Origin: a virus
Direction: 5' to 3' (one strand)
Virus record (IMG/VR): IMGVR_UViG_3300037258_001099
Span: 1-64,000 of that record
DNA length: 64,000 nucleotides
Made by a program: the position numbers and the translations under genes. The notes beneath the pieces were generated by a model. The model searched no databases and had not been told where the DNA came from. It worked only from the letters and a program-made list of their open reading frames with translations. Below are positions 52,855-61,607 of the stretch, one piece after another (the first letter of the stretch is position 1; each line of letters opens with the position of its first letter).

Positions 52855-54120
52855 ATGGCCGGAACGATTTATTCGGACATCATTACAACTTCGGCTTTGC
52901 CGGATAGCATGCGTATAATCTACTCAAATGAGCTAGAATTTACGTCGCTCCCTAATTTAATGTTTGACCAGCCTGCGTTTGTAGAGCCACGAAATGACTT
53001 TTCTGCAAAACGCGGCGAGCAGGTCATTTGGACGATCTACCATCAGATTGCGCCATCCATCGCTCCGCTTTCTGAAAACCAGGATATTGAGGGTGGCTCG
53101 GTCGAAGACCATCAGGTAAGCTTCACCGTGAACGAGTATGGTACAGCAATCGGTACGGCTGAGAAGCTGGATTTGCTCTCCTACCATGGCCCCATCGGTA
53201 ACATTGTGCGGTCCCTGCTAGCTCCTCACGAGGCGCTCACGCTCGACACGCTCTGCCGAAATATGTTCTGGTATGCCCCTAATCGCACACTGATGGACAA
53301 CACGCTCGTTGGACCTGCGTTCCAGAGCTTCACTGGCGGTGCTGCAAGCCGCGAGACGCTCACCCAAGATTCCATCATGACCGCAGACGTGGCACGCCTG
53401 ATTGCGCTTCACCTCACCATTCGCCGTGTGCCAACTATGAGTGGGCAAGAGCCAAGCTACTTGTGTCTTACCCACCCAAGCGTAACATATGATTTACGCG
53501 CAGATCCGTTCTGGAAGGATGCCCAGCTTTATGCAGGCGCAACAAAGATCTTTAACGGCGAAGAAGGCATGATTCACGGGGTTCGCTTCATTAAGAGCGA
53601 TCGCGCCAGAATTGCAAATGGCGGCCTAGTTAAGGAACAAACCACGCTAGCCGCCGCCTATAGCCAAGGTGTGAACCAGATTGCAGTTACCTCTGCTGCT
53701 GGCTTCAACATTGGCGACGAGATCACGCTGCACGCAACTGGTACTGCAAAGACGGTGGGCTCCACTTCCTGGACTGCCCCTGATGGCCGCGATGCAACCC
53801 AGGAAGATGTCGTGATCAAAGCTATCAACAGTAATACCCTCACCCTCACCAACAAGACCATGCTCGCGCACTCTGCTGGTGACTTTGTGACGGAAGGGCT
53901 GGATGTCTATCCGATGACCTTCTTGGGTGGACTTGCCGCAGTGGGTAAGGGCACAGTCATTCCACCTGAAGTTAGAGTAAGTTTACCAACTGATAAACTG
54001 CGTAGAATCAACTATGTCGGGTGGTACGGTCTCTTTGGATATGGGGTTATCAGAGACTGGGCCTACGAAATTGTGGAAACTGCCGCTTCCGTAAATGTGG
54101 CACCTATATACGGGTTCTAA
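52855..54120 (+). CDS. major capsid protein, N4-gp56 family, with an inserted beta-rich domain
   Basis: VNEYG, YLCLTHPSVTYDLRADPFW, IFNGEEGMIHGVRFI, DKLRRINYVGWYG. Confidence 0.9.
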   Translation: MAGTIYSDIITTSALPDSMRIIYSNELEFTSLPNLMFDQPAFVEPRNDFSAKRGEQVIWTIYHQIAPSIAPLSENQDIEGGSVEDHQVSFTVNEYGTAIGTAEKLDLLSYHGPIGNIVRSLLAPHEALTLDTLCRNMFWYAPNRTLMDNTLVGPAFQSFTGGAASRETLTQDSIMTADVARLIALHLTIRRVPTMSGQEPSYLCLTHPSVTYDLRADPFWKDAQLYAGATKIFNGEEGMIHGVRFIKSDRARIANGGLVKEQTTLAAAYSQGVNQIAVTSAAGFNIGDEITLHATGTAKTVGSTSWTAPDGRDATQEDVVIKAINSNTLTLTNKTMLAHSAGDFVTEGLDVYPMTFLGGLAAVGKGTVIPPEVRVSLPTDKLRRINYVGWYGLFGYGVIRDWAYEIVETAASVNVAPIYGF

Positions 54121-54162
54121 TGATTGCTGGGGGTGCTAAGCACCCCTACGAGGAGAGAGATC

Positions 54163-54450
54163 ATGGCTGATGGTGAAAACTTCATGGCAAGAAATCGCAA
54201 AATCAATGGCGCGTATGATCCCGCACCCACGCCTAATAGCAAGGCTCGACAGATTGCGGCGAACGGACCTGTTCCAGGCGATCCTTCAGATCCACTTTTT
54301 ACTCCGTCCATGTCTACTTGCGAGGCAATTAATGAGGCACATTACCAGGGCGGCATCAGCGGCGCTGGTCCTTATAGTAAGAGCTATGAAGACAAGATGC
54401 CTTACACTGGCGAGCGTCCGTTCCCTGAGCAGAAGTTAAAGGGTAGGTAG
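54163..54450 (+). CDS. hypothetical virion protein
   Basis: GAGGAG SD before MADGEN. Confidence 0.6.
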   Translation: MADGENFMARNRKINGAYDPAPTPNSKARQIAANGPVPGDPSDPLFTPSMSTCEAINEAHYQGGISGAGPYSKSYEDKMPYTGERPFPEQKLKGR

Positions 54451-54453
54451 CTT

Positions 54454-54933
54454 GTGGCAACTGCTCCAGTCATCGAGTGGAGGGCGTCACTTACGCCCTT
54501 CGCTGTTGTATCGTCCCAAGCCTTTACTGGATCGGGATTCAGCGGGGCAATCCCTGCTGGGACCAATTCCAATACGGTCCAGGTGCGCATTTACAACAAT
54601 TTTTCCAATGCTGCATCCATCGCTGATGCGACCAATGCAGTGATCGCAGTCTACGATGACACCGTGCATCAGGGGGCCGCAACGGCTGTGCCAACCACGA
54701 GCAAATATGTGCAGGTGGAAGTCAATGACTACAACGGGACAACCACTGGGCAAGATAGCACCTTCTTCCCCATTGGTGGCTCGATTAAACATGCGATACC
54801 TGTGAACTCGGGGACGATTGGTGGAGCAAGCCCGAATTATGTGTCGGTAACCATTCAGATTGCTGTGCCAAGCGGTGCAACGCAAGGTGCGGTCAGCCAG
54901 GGGATATGGTGTGAATATAACTCCGTTGCTTAA
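54454..54933 (+). CDS. beta-rich structural protein
   Basis: Thr/Ser/Gly/Ala-rich; position in the operon. Confidence 0.65.
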   Translation: MATAPVIEWRASLTPFAVVSSQAFTGSGFSGAIPAGTNSNTVQVRIYNNFSNAASIADATNAVIAVYDDTVHQGAATAVPTTSKYVQVEVNDYNGTTTGQDSTFFPIGGSIKHAIPVNSGTIGGASPNYVSVTIQIAVPSGATQGAVSQGIWCEYNSVA

Positions 54934-55294
54934 TAGTGATCCGCCTTCCTGGGATGTGATCTTTGAAGATGATAGCCATGCCTCATCAAAGAGTGTCTCG
55001 TGGGCAAACTTTTCGGATTGCACTCAGATTGATGGGGTGACTGTCTATCTCTCGCGCCGCAACATATTCCAGATCACTATTGCCTCTGCATATAGCATTC
55101 ATAGCCTGCTCATGGAGGAGCCACAGTCCTGCTTTGGCTTTCATCGCTTGAGATCACGACTTGCAGAGGATCAGGCAGAGTGGCTCTATAGCGCTTTTGG
55201 CTATGCGACAGAAGAGAATCGCATCATCCTCCAGGTAACCCAGACTTCTGGCAGAATGCTTATTCAGAAACGCTCAACGCCTTTTGTGCTCTAA
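54860..55294 (+). CDS. hypothetical protein (start uncertain)
   Basis: ORF filling the operon gap. Confidence 0.5.
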   Translation: MLCQAVQRKVRSARGYGVNITPLLNSDPPSWDVIFEDDSHASSKSVSWANFSDCTQIDGVTVYLSRRNIFQITIASAYSIHSLLMEEPQSCFGFHRLRSRLAEDQAEWLYSAFGYATEENRIILQVTQTSGRMLIQKRSTPFVL

Positions 55295-55307
55295 AGGATA
55301 GAAGAAC

Positions 55308-56000
55308 ATGGCATCACGAGATTACACTCAGGTCCACGATGATATTGGACCAATCCAGGGTCAGCTTGATAATCCAGTAGCCAGAGAATTTACTACCCAG
55401 GCTGCTGAAAATGTACGCTCAATCGTGGCATCCAATGGTCGAATTACCCGTATTGGGGACGGGGCGGTTGTCCCTAAAGGAACCAAGCGTATCATCTGGT
55501 CGAGCGAGGGCTACACCTATCGCGGAGTCACTATTCCAGCGCTTACTGCTGCTCAGAAGAAAGCTACTGGCTCAGTTGCGACCAATATCAGCGCGGCATC
55601 GCTTCCAACTGGCTTCACGCTTCCAACCACGCTTGATCTGTCCCCTGCGAGGTATTTGGCGCTCGTTGTCAGTTACACATCGCTTACGGGAGGCAGCTCA
55701 CCAACAATCGCCTTTGAGCTGGATCTGCTCGATGACTCGGCAGGACCAATCAAGTTTCCTGTCTGGAATCCTGCGGCATTTAGTGGAGCAACACCTATCC
55801 TTTCATATGTCAATGTGGGTCCAGGACTGACTTCACCGCCAGCTAGCGCACCTACAGGATACGCTAACCAGACAATTGCAACGAACTGGACGGTGTATAT
55901 GGTTCCACTGGTGCTCTTGCCAAATGGGAACCTTACCTGGACTGTTACTGGAAGCCCAACTGCTGCTTCCTGGATCGCAGAGCTTTACGGCACATTTTAG
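55308..56000 (+). CDS. structural protein
   Basis: AAAGGA SD; beta-rich. Confidence 0.7.
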   Translation: MASRDYTQVHDDIGPIQGQLDNPVAREFTTQAAENVRSIVASNGRITRIGDGAVVPKGTKRIIWSSEGYTYRGVTIPALTAAQKKATGSVATNISAASLPTGFTLPTTLDLSPARYLALVVSYTSLTGGSSPTIAFELDLLDDSAGPIKFPVWNPAAFSGATPILSYVNVGPGLTSPPASAPTGYANQTIATNWTVYMVPLVLLPNGNLTWTVTGSPTAASWIAELYGTF

Positions 56001-56012
56001 GAAGGCAAGAGA

Positions 56013-57047
56013 ATGGTTCGGGAACAGTTCAAAAATTTCGCAACCTCAGCACTCAATGGTGCGATAACCAGCGGCTCGACCAGCATTGTGCTCACTGGTG
56101 GCTCAGGTGGTAACTTTCCGTCTGTGGGCAACTTTGTCATTGTGATCGACACCGAGCTCATTCTCATTGCCAGTAGATCAACTGACACGCTTACCGTTGC
56201 CTCCGGTGGACGCGGCTTTGATGGAACATCTGCCGCGTCCCACAACAGCGCGACAACCGTCCAGCTCCCGCTGTGTTCCTACAATCTAGACCATATCTGG
56301 GCCAATCTTGCTGATACCTTTAACCCAATAGTGCCACCAGTCCAAACACCGCTCTCGGCATCAGGAGTACCAACAGGATCGGCAGATAGCCATGACAATG
56401 AGATGGAAGCGCAAGGCTCCTGGGTACTCAATCCAACAAGTCTTCCGTCAGGGGCAAACTTTGATATTGGTGTGACGACACGTTCCCATCTCACATTTGC
56501 TCGTGGTACCTCTGATACTACACTTTATGCAGCCTATGTGGCCTTTGCGCCAGGCTCATCGACACCACTCACCCTTACCTGTAAACTCTCTGATGCGATC
56601 AATATCCAGCAAAATGGCAACAATACCGTTGAGACCCATTTCTTTGTGAGTGACCAGTCAACGCCAACGGCCTCAGCCGATGCAGGCAACGCAATGCGCA
56701 TTGATGTTCAGATCAATGCAGCATTTAGTGGTGCCTCATGGACTGGATTTCGCAATGTTCGTAGCGTCAAGGATGTGACAGGTACAGGAACAGCGCTGAC
56801 TCCTTCTGTGCCCGTTTCTTTGGGGATGCCTCTTTATTTGCGTATTAACTATGATGGAGCTGGAAAATGGAGAACGTTTTTTGGAGATGGGATCACCTAT
56901 ACACTCCTTTCAGAGGTAGGATCATTTACTTTTGCTCCACAGTCTTGTGGTATTCACTTTTATACACCAGTTACATCGCTTTCGCATTACGTGCTCATTG
57001 ATTTTGTAAGAGTGCTGGTCGGAACACGCCTCCAGTTCTGGGGGTAG
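56013..57047 (+). CDS. tail/virion protein with an N-terminal anchor domain and a C-terminal beta-sandwich (possible receptor binding)
   Basis: NFATSALNGAI...IDTELI...RGFDGTSAASH motif common in tail proteins. Confidence 0.65.
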   Translation: MVREQFKNFATSALNGAITSGSTSIVLTGGSGGNFPSVGNFVIVIDTELILIASRSTDTLTVASGGRGFDGTSAASHNSATTVQLPLCSYNLDHIWANLADTFNPIVPPVQTPLSASGVPTGSADSHDNEMEAQGSWVLNPTSLPSGANFDIGVTTRSHLTFARGTSDTTLYAAYVAFAPGSSTPLTLTCKLSDAINIQQNGNNTVETHFFVSDQSTPTASADAGNAMRIDVQINAAFSGASWTGFRNVRSVKDVTGTGTALTPSVPVSLGMPLYLRINYDGAGKWRTFFGDGITYTLLSEVGSFTFAPQSCGIHFYTPVTSLSHYVLIDFVRVLVGTRLQFWG

Positions 57048-57050
57048 GCC

Positions 57051-57713
57051 ATGCCAAATTTTACACTTGCGCAAGGTCAAATCGGACAATCTCGCTACGG
57101 CGATGGTCTTGTAGCCCCCACGTTTACCCATAGCGCGAAGATGGGGATTACCTACGTAATCGGCTCGGTGGCCGGAACGATTAGCACCACGGGACTTGTT
57201 GCAATCTTTGGACAACCTCGCTACGGCGATGAACTTGGTATCTCACTGCTTCCTCGTGTGAATGCCATGGGGCTCTCCTACATCATAGTTGCCTCTAAGT
57301 ATGCAGTCCCCATGGGCCTCACCTATACTATCCAGCGTCCACATACTGCCCCCATGCTCATCTATTATTTGATTGTGCCTCCTTCAAATTTCACCATTAA
57401 TGGCGATGGCTCTATCATTAATCCTGACCAGATGAATTATGGGCCACGTCCAGTTGTCGCAAGGAGCCTGCTTGCGACCCCTATTGAGCAGGGTCTCGAT
57501 GCCGTTACCTGGAGCTGGGCTATTCTCTCATGGCCGGAGTACAAGCAGATTGTCAGCCATTACAATCCAGTGTCCCCTATTGTCACTATTGGATATATAG
57601 GAGAAGACGGCAACTGGGCACAGCGGCAGGCAGTGATGCATCCGCCGACCTACGGTCATATGGAGACCATGCTCTTTTACGATACGTCCATTTTGTTTTC
57701 AATTCTGCTGTGA
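57051..57713 (+). CDS. structural protein
   Basis: internal repeat GQ.RYGD / MG.TY.I. Confidence 0.65.
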   Translation: MPNFTLAQGQIGQSRYGDGLVAPTFTHSAKMGITYVIGSVAGTISTTGLVAIFGQPRYGDELGISLLPRVNAMGLSYIIVASKYAVPMGLTYTIQRPHTAPMLIYYLIVPPSNFTINGDGSIINPDQMNYGPRPVVARSLLATPIEQGLDAVTWSWAILSWPEYKQIVSHYNPVSPIVTIGYIGEDGNWAQRQAVMHPPTYGHMETMLFYDTSILFSILL

Positions 57714-57721
57714 GGTGTATC

Positions 57722-58333
57722 ATGACCAGACTTCCGCAAGACCCCAATGATTTTCCAGCGCTTGGGCTCTATAATCCAGGGGTTCCTGTTGCTCCAGCAC
57801 TTTCCCAGTTTCTGACAAAGGACAGTACTGGCGAACAAGTGGCAACCCAGGCCATGGCCGAGGCTGTTGCTGCGTTTATCGCTATGGGAAAAGGCTATAG
57901 TGCCTCAACGGGCATCATAAGTGCAGCAGCATCAACCAACAACTATCCACTCTCGGTTTTTAATCCGTCCTCGTCAGGTAAATCTCTTGCAATTTATAGT
58001 GTGCAATTTGCCAATGGTTCGGGAGGGGCAACAGGACTACTTCAGATGACGGACACAAACCCAGCTTTTGGCTCTCAGATTACCCCTATCAGTGATCTCG
58101 GATCTGGTAGCGCGTCAGCTCTACCAGGGGCAGCAGTTACCTCCACTGCAACGTCACAGTCGCTCGCTGGGAGCTTCAAGCAGGTTGCAACGCTTTTCGC
58201 TGATACTGTTGAGGTGCTTACCAATGGAGCAATGATCGTGCTTCCGGCTGGCACAAATAGCGGCTTGGTGGCCTATTTGCAAAGCTATGGCGTTGGGATA
58301 AATAGCGTTCTCATCCGGTGGGTTGAGCTTTGA
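57722..58333 (+). CDS. structural protein
   Basis: GAGGTG SD before MTRLPQ. Confidence 0.65.
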   Translation: MTRLPQDPNDFPALGLYNPGVPVAPALSQFLTKDSTGEQVATQAMAEAVAAFIAMGKGYSASTGIISAAASTNNYPLSVFNPSSSGKSLAIYSVQFANGSGGATGLLQMTDTNPAFGSQITPISDLGSGSASALPGAAVTSTATSQSLAGSFKQVATLFADTVEVLTNGAMIVLPAGTNSGLVAYLQSYGVGINSVLIRWVEL

Positions 58334-58671
58334 TCACGGTCATTCCTGTTGCCAGTGCGCCTTTCTCTTATATCATGAATGGGGTGACGCTGGACACTCC
58401 TGCGCAAATCACTGGTCCTATCCTTAACGGAGGGTTCATTGCCGCTAATGTAAGCTTCGTTGTGCTGTGGCGTTCTCCCACAACGGTAACCCAAAACGCG
58501 CTTACAAGCGGCAAGATTGGGATAATGACCTTTGCTGCCCATGATGGATCGAAGATGACCACACAGGTGCAGGTGAGTAGCGTGCTCTCAGGAAGTTTGC
58601 TGATTGCGACCTTTCGAGTGCTTGCAGCAACACCCGTGTATCGCTACGTTATCGTGACTCAGTGCTACTAA
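58330..58671 (+). CDS. structural protein
   Basis: coupled ORF. Confidence 0.55.
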   Translation: MITVIPVASAPFSYIMNGVTLDTPAQITGPILNGGFIAANVSFVVLWRSPTTVTQNALTSGKIGIMTFAAHDGSKMTTQVQVSSVLSGSLLIATFRVLAATPVYRYVIVTQCY

Positions 58672-58680
58672 GGAGCAGGT

Positions 58681-59646
58681 ATGCAGATTTCTCAACTCCT
58701 CTCCTGGCCGCAGACAAACTGGCCTGGGGCGTCAATAGCAACGCAGTATACCGTGCTTCAGATGTATCCAGGCGAACCAACAGAGGTGACAACCGTCCCC
58801 GCGAACAGCGCTCTTCTCAGCTTTGATGATAGTGCGCCCTTGGTGTTTCAGGTGCGGCCATCTAGTGGCACAAGTCCAAGCCTCACCTACGGACCTGAGA
58901 CCCTCACGTATGTCAATCAATTTGTGCCGTGCCGCGCATATATTCGGCAGTTAGTTAGAAATGTGCTTGCCGATCGCTCTGATACGGCAGACACCACCCC
59001 TGTGTGGCCTGATGACGAGATCAATAGCTACGTCTACGACTCGATGGTTGAGCTCAATAATCTCTTTCCAGTAGACCGAGATAGTGAGTATCCCCTGGTG
59101 ACCAGACAGCGCAACTATCCGCTTCCTGACGACTTTTACCTGATCCGCACTGCTGAATACGTCTCTCTTGAAGGCAGACTACGCCTCTATCTCAAAGAGA
59201 AGCCATGGAAGGGCGGAGAATCAACAGCGACATCCTATCTTGGGTACCCCAAACTTGGCATTCTTATCTCCCCGCTTGCAGGAAGGTTCTACCCAGGCCA
59301 CTTCTACATTTACGAGGATCAGATCTGGCTCGACTGGGACCCTTACTCAAGTGCAGATGACCAACTTCATCTGCGCTACGCTGGCAAACGGACACTGCCT
59401 GTGGGTGATGCTGATGTGCTGGAGCTGACTCAGGAGGATATCTTGCTTGTGTCGCTACGAACACAGCTCTTTTGTTGGCTGCGCGTAGAATCGGCAGATG
59501 CCAGGTTATCAAGATGGACTACTGACAAAAAGAGAGATGATATGCCTACGGTAAAAATGTCGGCAGATATCCAGAAACTGTATAATGGTGCTGTTATTGA
59601 CCGGAAAGAGCGTCGTCCATCCGTAAAGCGCCTTATGCGCAGATAG
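58681..59646 (+). CDS. head-tail adaptor/neck protein
   Basis: IRQLVRNVLAD...WPDDEINSYV...Y.LPDDF pattern of adaptor proteins. Confidence 0.65.
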   Translation: MQISQLLSWPQTNWPGASIATQYTVLQMYPGEPTEVTTVPANSALLSFDDSAPLVFQVRPSSGTSPSLTYGPETLTYVNQFVPCRAYIRQLVRNVLADRSDTADTTPVWPDDEINSYVYDSMVELNNLFPVDRDSEYPLVTRQRNYPLPDDFYLIRTAEYVSLEGRLRLYLKEKPWKGGESTATSYLGYPKLGILISPLAGRFYPGHFYIYEDQIWLDWDPYSSADDQLHLRYAGKRTLPVGDADVLELTQEDILLVSLRTQLFCWLRVESADARLSRWTTDKKRDDMPTVKMSADIQKLYNGAVIDRKERRPSVKRLMRR

Positions 59647-59654
59647 GGAAATGC

Positions 59655-60251
59655 ATGGCAACATATCCAGAAGACATTGATGAGAATATACTGGCCGCGC
59701 TCCAAATACTCTTTCAGGTAAAGCTGCAATCAGAGCCAGCCCAGGCTGGCGATAAGCTTGCGCTACGAACGCTCAAGCAGAGCCCATTGCAGGATGATCC
59801 CACACTCAAAGCTCCTTTCGTGGTTTATACCAATGATTCTGGCAAAGGCAAGGACGGCTATTCCTTGCAGCTCATCACCAAGCACATAGAGGCAGCAGAG
59901 TATGGTTCAGTTGAGATTGGCGGACCTGTGCGCTACCTCTACTGCTACTGTGCCAGCTTTGGTACCCCTCAAGTCTCCACACGTGATCAGGCACGAGCTG
60001 ACGGCTCGGTGATGATGACCAGGATTATGGGTACCCTTATCCAGTACTGCAATCTCAACAACATTATCCGGCCTGGTATGCTCACGAGCGATGATGGTAC
60101 CAAGCAAATTGAGGGGCAAAATGAACGCCTGGTCACCGCTGCTGAATACGAGATTTACGGCGGTGAGTCTACCTTCTTTAGTAAGGGCATTGTGAATTTT
60201 CGCTATCCAGTGGCTTGGTACATGCCTATCCAAATGGGTCCATTCTCCTGA
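59655..60251 (+). CDS. tail completion/terminator-like protein
   Basis: position and size. Confidence 0.5.
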   Translation: MATYPEDIDENILAALQILFQVKLQSEPAQAGDKLALRTLKQSPLQDDPTLKAPFVVYTNDSGKGKDGYSLQLITKHIEAAEYGSVEIGGPVRYLYCYCASFGTPQVSTRDQARADGSVMMTRIMGTLIQYCNLNNIIRPGMLTSDDGTKQIEGQNERLVTAAEYEIYGGESTFFSKGIVNFRYPVAWYMPIQMGPFS

Positions 60252-60355
60252 AGTGGCCCCACTCCGGTCCTTTCCTCTACACTGAGCTCCAATGGGGTGA
60301 GAGAGCCTCTATCCTGCTTTCTACTAATGCAGGTAGAGAGGGAAGGAATAATACA

Positions 60356-61114
60356 ACGAGCGATTACTCTGTCTTTGACCTAGATACCAATACTGCCGCT
60401 AGTGACGCGGCTTCTCCAATCTGGACCAACCAGATCACAGCAGGGGGTTCTGGAGGAGCGGAGGAGCTTCGTTTCTGTGCTTCTGGCGCTGGCACCACAA
60501 CTACCCCATCAGCATCCTGGCCTGGCTTTCAGAGACCCGCATCTGTTGGAGTTGTCCCAGAATGCTGGGGTTTTACCACAAATATTCTGGGTGCCAAGGT
60601 GAACACCTATGACGGCACGAATGCCAATGCCAGACAGTTCCGATGGGACTTCGATAATCTTGGAACTCCTGTCTCTCCCATGCAGATGTCTTCATTTGCG
60701 ACATCTGCTCTTCCAACTCCGGTGCCTGGAACGCAGCCATCCTCACCTTCTTCTGATGGCTCAGGTATTGTAAACGGCCATGCAACTGACACATCTTCAA
60801 GATCCTACATGAAGGGCAATGCATACGGTGTTGGCCTTACAGGAGCTGGTGCTCAGCAAACGCCTTCTGCTGGCACTACCGGAACAGTCACAGCAACAAG
60901 TGGGACAACTGGCCCTGTTACTCCTGGTGCCTCTGCCTGGCTTGCTAACTGGCAGGATCTAGCTGGTTTCACGGATTATATCCTTTCCGGTGCTACCGCT
61001 CAAGCACTCACGGCGGGCTTCTGGTTCTTCTGTCTCTCGTTGTGGTCTGGTCCCAATTTGTGTCTTGGAACAAATATAGGTCCAGTTATTGTTAATCAGT
61101 ATAATTTCACATAG
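60356..61114 (+). CDS. beta-rich structural protein, apparent ACG start
   Basis: GGAAGGA SD 8 nt before an in-frame ACG; long Gly/Thr/Ser-rich ORF. Confidence 0.6.
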   Translation, partial: TSDYSVFDLDTNTAASDAASPIWTNQITAGGSGGAEELRFCASGAGTTTTPSASWPGFQRPASVGVVPECWGFTTNILGAKVNTYDGTNANARQFRWDFDNLGTPVSPMQMSSFATSALPTPVPGTQPSSPSSDGSGIVNGHATDTSSRSYMKGNAYGVGLTGAGAQQTPSAGTTGTVTATSGTTGPVTPGASAWLANWQDLAGFTDYILSGATAQALTAGFWFFCLSLWSGPNLCLGTNIGPVIVNQYNFT

Positions 61115-61123
61115 GATCGCTCT

Positions 61124-61594
61124 ATGATCATTACGCCCCTTTCCCTTAAACAATATTCATATTGGGAGGTAGCCTTAACTTCAGGACGCGTTATTAATGA
61201 GCTTGATACGGTCAAGGACGACCGAGGAGAACGCTTGGTAGATTGGACGCTCGATCTTTGTTCGACGGGAGACGCTCGGCGTGTGAAGGAAGTCCGCATT
61301 ATCTGCCCTGGCCTCATGAAGCATGGGGTTATCAAGCTCAAGGAGAGGCAGACAGCTTTCCAGTTTAAGAATTCCTCTAAGGTCCATGATGGAGTGCGCC
61401 AATACCGCATTCTGGAAGCTCAGGTGATAGGCCGTGTAAGCAATCTGGATACGGGCCAGTGTGATTGCTTCATCTGGGACCGGATGCTTGGGCTCATCAA
61501 GTACCAATCAACAATTGTCAACTTTGGGTCGTGGCGACCTGGCATAGCACCCATAAAGTCGCTTTCCCTTGATGTGATGGGATTGCGTCTCTGA
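61124..61594 (+). CDS. hypothetical protein
   Basis: AGGA SD. Confidence 0.65.
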   Translation: MIITPLSLKQYSYWEVALTSGRVINELDTVKDDRGERLVDWTLDLCSTGDARRVKEVRIICPGLMKHGVIKLKERQTAFQFKNSSKVHDGVRQYRILEAQVIGRVSNLDTGQCDCFIWDRMLGLIKYQSTIVNFGSWRPGIAPIKSLSLDVMGLRL

Positions 61595-61607
61595 GGGAGG
61601 TAAATAG

